Assembly (NCBI GenBank): GCA_023512725.1
Contig: JAILZB010000001.1
Location: forward strand, 1,660 to 65,659
Reading direction: 5' to 3'
Length of the DNA: 64,000 nt
From: Chloroflexota bacterium
Lineage (GTDB): Bacteria; Chloroflexota; Dehalococcoidia; SpSt-223
Shown piece after piece: positions 56,263 through 62,699 of the stretch (the first letter of the stretch is position 1; each line of letters starts with the position of its first letter). The notes under the pieces are model-generated. The model was given only the letters and a program-made list of their open reading frames with translations. It searched no databases and had not been told where the DNA came from. Made by a program: the position numbers and the translations under genes.

Positions 56263-57573
56263 CTAGCTGAACAGCTTGCGCTTGAGGTAGGCGCGCAGGT
56301 ACTGCCAGTAGCCGGAGGTCAGGTTCACCGCAGTCGGGTTCCCTCCCACTGGGGTGGCCATGTTCGGGTCGCGGTAGACCCCGCGGGCAAGGTCGCGCTG
56401 GGTGTAGGGGTTAGGGTCACCACGTACCCAGCGCACGCCGCCATCCCCCGCCGCCGGGTCGTGGATGTAGATCGTTCGCTGGATGGGGGGTAGTGTGATG
56501 GCAGCCTCGTCGCGGAGGCTGAGGGCAGCCCCTGCCAGCGCCTGGCCGATCGGGCCGATGAGCAGAGTGCCAAGGTCGAAGTCGGTCACGATCTGCCCGG
56601 GAATCCCTTGGTCTTTCAGGAAGGCAAGGAGCTTCAGGAGGAAGACCGGGTTGGCTAGCTGAGCGCGCGTTGCTTCCAGCAGGGCGCGGGCCACTCGGTG
56701 CTTGCGGACGTTGTGCTCCAGCCGCTTGTCCTGGGTGCCGGGGCGCTCGACGGGTACGGTCTTGATGTACTGGAGCACGCCCTTGCCATCGAGGGTGATC
56801 CAGCCGGCGGGGAAGAAGCCACGCGGATGCTTGACGCCGTCCAGGTAAAAGGGCAGGACGTCGAAGGCGCGCGGGTTTTCGAAGCTCAGCCCACCGTAGA
56901 CATGGTCGATCAGGCGGGCAATCTGGGTATCTGGGATCACCACCGTGAAGTCGACGGCGAGGCCGGTGGCGTTCTCGATCACCTGCTGCATCAGCGGGAT
57001 GCCGCCCACCGCATAGGCCTGGTCAATCTTGACTGCCCAGGGGGTGCCGAGCGCTCGCTCGATCTCTGGGGCGCGAATGTCGTGGGTGAGCGAGATCAAG
57101 CTCAGCTCGCGCCAGCCCCGGTCGTAGGAGACGATGGTGTAGGAACCGATGATAGCGCGCTCGGTGAGGGGTGGCTCGTGAGTCTCGCCGTACCCGAAGA
57201 GCAGGAAGTTCACCCGCCCCTCATTCAGCCGCTGGTCGATCCGCTGGAGGCGCTCCGGGCTGACCTGAGGCCAGAGGGTGCGGCGACGCTCTGCCTCGGC
57301 AACGAAACCGTCCAGGACCCGCTCGGCGAGGGTGGGCGGGCGGAGCGCTGGGGGTGGTGGAGGGAGGACCTCTGGCAGCGGCTCGTCGGGCCCGCGAGGG
57401 TCGGGGCTCACCGGGGGAGCGTCGAGCGCTGGCCCCTCGACGCCGGGGGGGATGCGACTGGCGGAGGGGGAGGGCTGGGTGGCGTGGGGGCGGAGGGGAG
57501 GCAGGCAGCCAGCAGCCAGAGAAAAAGCCCGGCCCCCAGGCCGAGCCGGAAGAGCGGCGCGCTGTGCATCCAT
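56263..57573 (-). CDS. LytR-CpsA-Psr (LCP) family protein, probably 5'-truncated by a frameshift
   Basis: RVNFLLFGYGETH...SLISLTHDIRAPEI...KIDQAYAVGG...GLAVDFTVVI...DGKGVLQYIK is the LCP domain pattern. This frame has no TM anchor. The anchor is encoded in another frame upstream of a C7 run. Confidence 0.7.
   Translation of the reverse strand: MDAQRAALPARPGGRAFSLAAGCLPPLRPHATQPSPSASRIPPGVEGPALDAPPVSPDPRGPDEPLPEVLPPPPPALRPPTLAERVLDGFVAEAERRRTLWPQVSPERLQRIDQRLNEGRVNFLLFGYGETHEPPLTERAIIGSYTIVSYDRGWRELSLISLTHDIRAPEIERALGTPWAVKIDQAYAVGGIPLMQQVIENATGLAVDFTVVIPDTQIARLIDHVYGGLSFENPRAFDVLPFYLDGVKHPRGFFPAGWITLDGKGVLQYIKTVPVERPGTQDKRLEHNVRKHRVARALLEATRAQLANPVFLLKLLAFLKDQGIPGQIVTDFDLGTLLIGPIGQALAGAALSLRDEAAITLPPIQRTIYIHDPAAGDGGVRWVRGDPNPYTQRDLARGVYRDPNMATPVGGNPTAVNLTSGYWQYLRAYLKRKLFS
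57445..57451. repeat. G7 (C7 on coding strand) homopolymer at the LCP frame switch
   Basis: Read directly as cgccGGGGGGGatg. One extra C, or two fewer, would fuse the frame of ORF 57408..58046 (MHSAPLFRLGLGAGLFLWLLAAC...) to the LCP frame. Confidence 0.9.
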
Positions 57574-57674
57574 CCAGAGTGTAGGGAAGCGCTCCCGGCG
57601 CGGCAATATTTCCGCCCCACCCTGTAGCCGGATGGAGGCGCGCCTCGGCGACGCGGCGCGTAGCAGCGGGCACG

Positions 57675-57704
57675 TTGACGGCAGTGGGCGGCCGCTGCTA
57701 GACT
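57675..57704 (+). promoter_or_regulatory. Candidate promoter TTGACG-18-TAGACT for rplU-rpmA-rpmE
   Basis: -35 at 57675..57680 and -10 at 57699..57704, about 76 nt upstream of the GTG at 57780. Confidence 0.45.
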
Positions 57705-57714
57705 CCGTTGGCGC

Positions 57715-57739
57715 GGCGCTCCGCCCGGAGCGCCTTTTT
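57715..57739 (+). promoter_or_regulatory. Terminator-like hairpin plus U5 inside the rplU 5' leader (possible attenuator)
   Basis: GGCGCTCC-GCCC-GGAGCGCC followed by TTTTT. A second hairpin, GGTCGGC-CTGCT-GCCGACC (57750..57768), abuts the GAGGG RBS. Confidence 0.45.
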
Positions 57740-57779
57740 CGTGGAATGGGGTCGGCCTGCTGCCGACCGAGGGTAGAAC

Positions 57780-58097
57780 GTGTACGCGATCGTCGATACG
57801 GGTGGGCACCAGTTCAAGGTGCGCGCGGGGCAGGTCGTGGATGTTGACCGGCTGAACCTGGAGCCCGGTGCGACGGTGACGTTTGACCGGGTGCTCCTGG
57901 TCGCGGATGGGGAGAAGGTAGCGGTCGGCCAGCCGACGGTTCCCGGTGCGACCGTGACCGGTACCGTGCTTCGGGAGTTCAAAGGCGAGAAGCTCCTCGT
58001 CTTCAAGTACAAGCCGAAGGTGCGCTACCGGCGCCGCCTCGGCCACCGCCAGACCTACACCCGGCTGCGCATCGATCGGATCGAGGGAGGGCTGTAG
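57780..58097 (+). CDS. rplU: 50S ribosomal protein L21
   Basis: (M)[24 protein letters not shown]...[16 protein letters not shown]. Confidence 0.97.
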   Translation: MYAIVDTGGHQFKVRAGQVVDVDRLNLEPGATVTFDRVLLVADGEKVAVGQPTVPGATVTGTVLREFKGEKLLVFKYKPKVRYRRRLGHRQTYTRLRIDRIEGGL

Positions 58098-58099
58098 CG

Positions 58100-58366
58100 A
58101 TGGCCCATAAGAAAGGCGTGGGAAGCTCCCGCAACGGGCGCGATAGCACCAGCAAGCGGTTGGGCGTCAAGCGGTACGATGGCCAGTTCGTGCGCGCTGG
58201 GGGGATCTTGGTCCGCCAGCGTGGCACGCCCATCAAGCCTGGCCGGAACGTCGGGGTTGGGCGGGACCACACGCTCTTCGCCTTGATCGATGGCGTGGTC
58301 AAGTTCGAGCGGGCTGACCAACAGCATCGCAAAGTCTCGGTCCTGCCGGTGGGGGCGGCCTCGTGA
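58100..58366 (+). CDS. rpmA: 50S ribosomal protein L27
   Basis: [41 protein letters not shown]. Confidence 0.97.
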   Translation: MAHKKGVGSSRNGRDSTSKRLGVKRYDGQFVRAGGILVRQRGTPIKPGRNVGVGRDHTLFALIDGVVKFERADQQHRKVSVLPVGAAS

Positions 58367-58566
58367 AGGCGAAGATCCATCCTTCCTACGTCAAGGCAGT
58401 GATCACCTGCTCCTGCGGCCAGGTGTTCGAGACGGGTTCCGTCAAGGCCAGCATGCGGGTGGATGTGTGCAGCAAGTGCCACCCCTTCTTCACGGGCGAA
58501 CAACGGATCGTCGACACCGCTGGCCGCGTTGAGCGCTTCAAGCGGCGCTTCGGCATCACCGACTAA
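58363..58566 (+). CDS. rpmE: 50S ribosomal protein L31 (Zn-ribbon type A)
   Basis: MKAKIHPSY...CSCG...[28 protein letters not shown] overlap with rpmA. Confidence 0.95.
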   Translation: MKAKIHPSYVKAVITCSCGQVFETGSVKASMRVDVCSKCHPFFTGEQRIVDTAGRVERFKRRFGITD

Positions 58567-58604
58567 CCGCTCAGCGAGAGCGGAGAGGCGAGCCGGGCAC
58601 TCAC

Positions 58605-58632
58605 CTCCCCTGAGCAGAGGGAAGATCCTTTT
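58605..58632 (+). terminator. Candidate intrinsic terminator after rpmE
   Basis: CTCCCCT-GAGCAG-AGGGAAG (one mismatch) followed by ATCCTTTT. An additional hairpin, CCGCTC-AGCGA-GAGCGG (58567..58583), sits right after the stop codon. Confidence 0.4.
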
Positions 58633-58823
58633 CGCCCACCTTGGCGTGGCGTGAGTGGCCGTAGCGCCCCGGGTAGAGAGAAGACAAGCAGGGACGTGCT
58701 TCAGGATTCGACAGAGTGACTCGACCCGCTGTCAACGGGTCGGGCTACCGAGGGCCTGGCCGGACTGATGGCCAGGCGGCTGCCTGCCGCCGAGTGGCGT
58801 CCCAGCCCAGAGGGCACCCCGGT

Positions 58824-58839
58824 ACCGGGTCACCGGGTC
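58824..58839. repeat. Tandem 8-mer ACCGGGTC x2 next to palindrome CCCGGTACCGGG
   Basis: Read directly: 58824..58831 equals 58832..58839. Confidence 0.9.
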
Positions 58840-58997
58840 GAGACGGCGACTGGCAAGCGGACTGAGCGCCTGGGGCTGGAATTTGGAGAGAACGCTGTCT
58901 CCCCGCAGGGCTGCACGATAATCGCGCAGCGCCTATCGCAGAGCACCTGCAGGACTCTCCAGTACCCCCTTTTCCGCTAAGTCGCTGCCTGTACCAC

Positions 58998-59015
58998 TGG
59001 TACTGGTACTAGTAC
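58998..59015. repeat. Tandem hexamers TGGTAC TGGTAC TAGTAC (GTAC-palindrome cluster)
   Basis: Read directly. Preceded by GTACCAC, so four GTAC cores lie within 25 nt (58991, 59000, 59006, 59012). Confidence 0.9.
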
Positions 59016-59186
59016 GGGACACCCCACCTTCTTTTACGGACGGGGATCGCGGGAGGGAGCGAAGGCGTCGCGGACGCTCGAGACAGGCCGCTCGATTGAG
59101 CCGGGAAAGAGCAAGGAACGTCGAAAGCAACGTTGGCTCAGGGTGGCCTGCAGTCAAGCGTGCTTTGGGCCTCCGCTAGCACTCGC

Positions 59187-59192
59187 TATAAT
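59187..59192 (+). promoter_or_regulatory. Candidate -10 box TATAAT only 7 nt upstream of the MscS ATG (leaderless mRNA)
   Basis: GCTATAATCGGGCCGATG. A possible -35 TTGGGC at 59165..59170 gives a 16-nt spacer. No Shine-Dalgarno sequence is possible in the 7-nt interval. Confidence 0.4.
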
Positions 59193-59199
59193 CGGGCCG

Positions 59200-59787
59200 A
59201 TGGACCCCATCCTGGCGCCCCTCACCCGCGGCTTCCTCGCCTGGTGGGAAGAGACCCTCCGCGCGGCCACACCCTTCGCAATTCACCTCCTCCAGGCGCT
59301 GCTGGTGGCAGCGGTCGTGTGGGGGGTGGGGGCCCGTGTGCGGGCAGGGATGCGCCGCGCCGTGCGCCCCCGCCTGGAAGACCACACCATCTTTGTGCTC
59401 GACCGAGCGCTGGTCCTTCTGACGTGGCTGCTCATCCTGGGGGCTACCCTGGCGATCTTTGGGGTGGACCTGACGGCTGGCGTGACCGCTCTGGGGATCG
59501 TCACCCTCGCGGCCAGCCTGGCAGTGCAGGATATCCTGAAGAACTTCGTCGCCGGTCTCTACCTCCTGATCGAGCAGCCGTTCCGGATCGGGCAGAGGAT
59601 CAAGATCAAGGAGTACGAGGGGGTCGTGCAGTCGGTAAGCGTGCGGGTGACGGTGCTCCAGTGCGATGATGGCGCTCAGGTGATGGTCCCGAACCAGATC
59701 CTCTTCAGCGAGGCGATTATCAATCGTGGGCGGCTGGTGGGAGCCGAAAGTGTCGCGCCGCCGGCCGGCCCGGAGGGCGTGGCATGA
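59200..59787 (+). CDS. Small-conductance mechanosensitive channel (MscS family)
   Basis: MDPILAPL..., 3 TM segments, then ...AVQDILKNFVAGLYLLIEQPFRIGQRIKIKEYEGVVQSVSVRVTVL...VMVPNQILF... (MS_channel core). Confidence 0.85.
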   Translation: MDPILAPLTRGFLAWWEETLRAATPFAIHLLQALLVAAVVWGVGARVRAGMRRAVRPRLEDHTIFVLDRALVLLTWLLILGATLAIFGVDLTAGVTALGIVTLAASLAVQDILKNFVAGLYLLIEQPFRIGQRIKIKEYEGVVQSVSVRVTVLQCDDGAQVMVPNQILFSEAIINRGRLVGAESVAPPAGPEGVA

Positions 59788-60200
59788 TTGTGCACCGCCG
59801 CTTCGAGGTCAGCACCCGTGGCAACGACGACGTCATCGACCTGACCCCCATGCTCCGCGACGCAATCCAGGACAGCGCGCTCCAGTGCGGCACCGCAACC
59901 CTGTTCGTCCGTGGCTCGACTGCTGCCCTCACCACCATTGAGTACGAGCCCGGGCTGGTGAGTGACCTGGCGATGGTGCTGGCGGCGGTCGCACCGCGTG
60001 GGCGGGCCTACGCCCACCACGAGCACTGGGGGGACGACAACGGCCACGCTCACCTGCGCGCCGCCCTGATCGGACCCTCGCTCGTCGTCCCCTTCGTTGA
60101 CCGGACGCCGCTCGTGGGCACCTGGCAACAGGTCGTGCTGATCGATTTCGACACGCGCCCGCGTCGCCGCGAGATCGCTTGCCTGCTGATGGGCGAGTAG
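59784..60200 (+). CDS. YjbQ/UPF0047 family protein (secondary thiamine-phosphate synthase-like)
   Basis: ...GTATLFVRGSTAALTTIEYEPG...DDNGHAHLRAALIGPS...GTWQQVVLIDFD are family hallmarks. ATGA overlap with the upstream gene. Confidence 0.85.
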   Translation: MIVHRRFEVSTRGNDDVIDLTPMLRDAIQDSALQCGTATLFVRGSTAALTTIEYEPGLVSDLAMVLAAVAPRGRAYAHHEHWGDDNGHAHLRAALIGPSLVVPFVDRTPLVGTWQQVVLIDFDTRPRRREIACLLMGE

Positions 60201-60229
60201 CCCCCTCGGCGGTCGCGTATTCTTGAGCT

Positions 60230-60532
60230 ATGATGGACGACGAAACGCGGGCACAACGGACTCGCTGGGTGCAGGAGCTGATCCTGAGCGATGAGCGGCT
60301 GCGCGGCGGCCTGACGGACGAACAGTTCGCGCAGGTGTTGGCCTGGGCGCTCCCGCAGGCGGAAGCGCTGGTGGCAGCAACGGCCGCCATCGCGGATGAC
60401 ACCACGGCCGAGGCAGTGCTGAGCGAGCAGGTGCGCGAGCTCCGGCGCGCCATCCAGGCAGCCGTCCGCCAGGCAGAGGCGGCACGGGGAGCGCTCCTCG
60501 CGCCTCCCCCCGAGCAGGCGCCCGAGCAATGA
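60230..60532 (+). CDS. Hypothetical small acidic helical protein
   Basis: 100-aa ORF. Its stop overlaps the PLD start (ATGA). No family recognised. Confidence 0.5.
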   Translation: MMDDETRAQRTRWVQELILSDERLRGGLTDEQFAQVLAWALPQAEALVAATAAIADDTTAEAVLSEQVRELRRAIQAAVRQAEAARGALLAPPPEQAPEQ

Positions 60533-61635
60533 GCCGCCGGCTCTGGGCCTTCTCGCTGGCGGCGCTCGCGGTGGTACTCTGCCTCGCGGTCGCCACCCTG
60601 GTCGTCCTCCGTCTGGCCGAGCCGGGCAGTGCTCCCAGCGCGCCAGCGAGCTCCCGGGCCAGCTGGTACCAGCTCTGGTTCACCACGCCTCGCTTCCCCG
60701 ACCGACCGGAAGACCAGCGTGGTGGGATTGACGAGCAGTTCGTCGCTTTCCTCGATGGCGCCCAGCGGCAGCTTGACCTCGCGGATTACGACTTCGACCT
60801 GACCACTGTGGCCCAGGCCCTGGCACGAGCGCGGGCACGCGGCGTGACGGTCCGGTTCGTCACCGATACGGACACGCTCGAGAGCGATGACCGCGCCGTG
60901 CGGGCAGCGTTGACGATAGTGCGGAACGCTGGCATTCCGATCGTGGACGACCGCCGTAGCGCCATCATGCACCATAAGTTCGCCGTCCGGGATGGCGATG
61001 CTGTGTGGACCGGCTCCTGGAACTTCACGCGCAACGATACCTACCGGCACAACAACGCTTCCCTGGTGATCTTCTCGCCAGAGGTGGCGGCCAATTACAC
61101 CGCTGAGTTTGAGAAGATGTTCCAGCAGCGTCAGTTTGGTCCGGCGAAGCCCGCTGGCGTTCCCTACCGCCGGGTGCGCCTGGACGGCGCGACGGTCGAG
61201 ACCTACTTCGCCCCCCAGGATAACGTCCAGGCCGCCATCGTCGCGCGCGTGCAGGCCGCCCAGACAAGCATCGTATTCCTGGCGTTCCAGTTCACCAGCG
61301 ACCCGATCGCTCAGGCGATGATCGCGCGCTTGCGCCAGGGCGTGCGGGTCGCGGGCGTGTTCGAACGGACCGGCTCGGAGACCCCGTTCTCGGAGTTCCG
61401 CCAGCTCCAGCAGGCAGGGGCCGAAGTCTACCAGGATGGGAACCCCTACATCATGCACCACAAGGTGATCGTGGTCGACGAACGGGTGGTGATGACTGGC
61501 TCCTACAACTTCACCGACAATGCGAACCGCCAGAACGACGAGAACCTACTGATCATCGAGGACCGCGAGCTGGCCAGGCGCTTCCTCGAAGAGTTCGAGC
61601 GAGTACGGGAGTCAGCGCTCCGTCCGCCGCGCTGA
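60529..61635 (+). CDS. Membrane-anchored phospholipase D-like protein with two HKD motifs
   Basis: N-terminal TM segment (LWAFSLAALAVVLCLAVATLVVL). IMHHKFAVRDGDAVWTGSWNFT and IMHHKVIVVDERVVMTGSYNFTDNA (HxKxxxxD x2). Confidence 0.85.
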   Translation: MSRRLWAFSLAALAVVLCLAVATLVVLRLAEPGSAPSAPASSRASWYQLWFTTPRFPDRPEDQRGGIDEQFVAFLDGAQRQLDLADYDFDLTTVAQALARARARGVTVRFVTDTDTLESDDRAVRAALTIVRNAGIPIVDDRRSAIMHHKFAVRDGDAVWTGSWNFTRNDTYRHNNASLVIFSPEVAANYTAEFEKMFQQRQFGPAKPAGVPYRRVRLDGATVETYFAPQDNVQAAIVARVQAAQTSIVFLAFQFTSDPIAQAMIARLRQGVRVAGVFERTGSETPFSEFRQLQQAGAEVYQDGNPYIMHHKVIVVDERVVMTGSYNFTDNANRQNDENLLIIEDRELARRFLEEFERVRESALRPPR

Positions 61636-61818
61636 GAGCGGGGAGTGCGGTCGCTGCCCGTGCAGGGTGATGCTCCCAGGAACGGGCTGCCCCCAGCGAG
61701 GGGCATCCACCCGCGGTGGGGAAGCTCAGCGGCTCCCGGGTGGCGTCGGGGAAGTGGGCGGCAGGGCGGGTGCGGCAGCGGGCGGGCAGGTGCGGTATCC
61801 TCAAGCAGGAGGCCAGCG

Positions 61819-62349
61819 ATGACGTACCCACCAGTGACCATCTATACGACTTCGACCTGTCCCTGGTGTGTTCGGGCAAAGGCGTATTTCACCGAAAAAG
61901 GAATCCCGTTCACGGAAAAGAATGTCGAGACTGACCGGGCCGCCCTGATGGAGATGGTGCGCCGCTCCGGCCAAACTGGCGTGCCGGTCATCACGATTGG
62001 CAACGATATCGTGGTTGGGTTCGACCGGTCCCGCATCGAGCGGCTGCTCGAAGCGGCGCGGGATGGCCGACCGACCTTCGGCGCGAGTGTGGCCGATGCG
62101 AGCAAGATCACCGCGAAGGCGGGCGGCGTGCCAGTGTTCGGGGCCTACGTGGGTAAAGTTGCCCCGGGCTCTCCGGCCGCGCGGGCCGGCCTCCAGCCCG
62201 GCGACATCATCACCGAACTGAACTTCCGACCGATCGCCAACGCCGACGACCTCGCCAAGGCGATCGCCAGCGTCCCGCCGGGTGGTCGGGTGATCGTGGT
62301 CTGGATGCGCAGCGCACAACAGCACCGCGCCGAAACCACCCTCGGCTGA
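61819..62349 (+). CDS. Glutaredoxin-like (CPWC) - PDZ fusion protein
   Basis: ATG behind AGGAGG. VTIYTTSTCPWCVRAKAYFTEKGIPFTEKNV...GVPVITIG (Grx/NrdH-like fold), then GAYVGKVAPGSPAARAGLQPGDIITELNFRPI (PDZ). Confidence 0.8.
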   Translation: MTYPPVTIYTTSTCPWCVRAKAYFTEKGIPFTEKNVETDRAALMEMVRRSGQTGVPVITIGNDIVVGFDRSRIERLLEAARDGRPTFGASVADASKITAKAGGVPVFGAYVGKVAPGSPAARAGLQPGDIITELNFRPIANADDLAKAIASVPPGGRVIVVWMRSAQQHRAETTLG

Positions 62350-62480
62350 GCCGACCATCTGCCGAAGAGCGTAGCGGGCATCCCTCCCAAGGCGAGGCGG
62401 TCTCCCGAGGGGGGGAGAAGACGCCGCCCGCCCAGGCCGGGAACGCTGCCGGAAGAACTGGGCTCCCGCCGGAGCAGTCC

Positions 62481-62509
62481 TTGTAGGCCAGCCAGGGCTG
62501 TGGTAGCAT
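62481..62509 (+). promoter_or_regulatory. Candidate promoter TTGTAG-17-TAGCAT
   Basis: -35 at 62481..62486 and -10 at 62504..62509, about 40 nt upstream of the ATG at 62549. Confidence 0.35.
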
Positions 62510-62548
62510 GCTCGGCCGGCGGAACTCCAGCTTCACAGGGGGGAAGCG

Positions 62549-62695
62549 ATGGCAACCGAGGCCTACTGCGTCAAGTGCAAGGCAAAGCGCGAGATGAAAG
62601 GCGCCCGCCAGATTACGATGAAGAACGGGAAGCCAGCGACCGAAGGCACCTGCCCCGTCTGTGGGACGAAGATGTTCCGGATCGGGTCGGCCTAA
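62549..62695 (+). CDS. DUF5679-like small zinc-ribbon protein (48 aa)
   Basis: Own translation: MATEAYCVKCKAKREMKGARQITMKNGKPATEGTCPVCGTKMFRIGSA*. RBS is GGGGGAAG. Too short for the ORF track. The CVKC...CPVCGTKMFRI pattern matches my recollection of DUF5679. Confidence 0.7.
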   Translation: MATEAYCVKCKAKREMKGARQITMKNGKPATEGTCPVCGTKMFRIGSA

Positions 62696-62699
62696 GAGC

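Larger units (their letters stand above)
58691..59140 (+). ncRNA. Candidate structured non-coding RNA of unknown class (tmRNA-like 5' end; boundaries uncertain)
   Basis: A roughly 630-nt gene-free gap, against a typical gap under 150 nt. GGGACGTGCTTCAGGATTCGACAGAG resembles the tmRNA 5' consensus (GGGGACG..GGAUUCGACAGGG). At least 8 strong local hairpins are present, including one with UAA in its loop (58910..58930), and ...TTTTACGGACGGGGA resembles the P2/T-arm junction. No complete T-arm, acceptor 3' strand or CCA was found. Confidence 0.3.

Noticed and set aside
58988-59018. CRISPR array or mobile-element terminal repeat
   Set aside because: The repeats are only 6-8 nt, have no spacers and occur in one copy cluster. 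There are no cas genes, transposase or integrase anywhere in the window.
58691-59060. Confident annotation of this segment as tmRNA (ssrA)
   Set aside because: Only the 5' motif (GGGACG...GGATTCGACAG), a UAA-in-loop hairpin and a GGACGGGGA junction fit. I could not find a T-loop (GGTTCGAnTCC), a complementary 3' acceptor strand with G:U, or CCA. The only CGTCCC lies about 100 nt from the 5' end with no adjacent T-arm, and the implied tag (…RRAAR) is atypical. It is kept as a low-confidence ncRNA candidate.
59033-59140. c-di-AMP (ydaO) or other riboswitch controlling the downstream MscS gene
   Set aside because: ACGGACGGGGA vaguely recalls the ydaO core. The conserved 3' elements (…CCCGA…CAGCUAAC…) are absent. 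A TATAAT 7 nt from the ATG argues that mscS has its own leaderless promoter downstream of this sequence.
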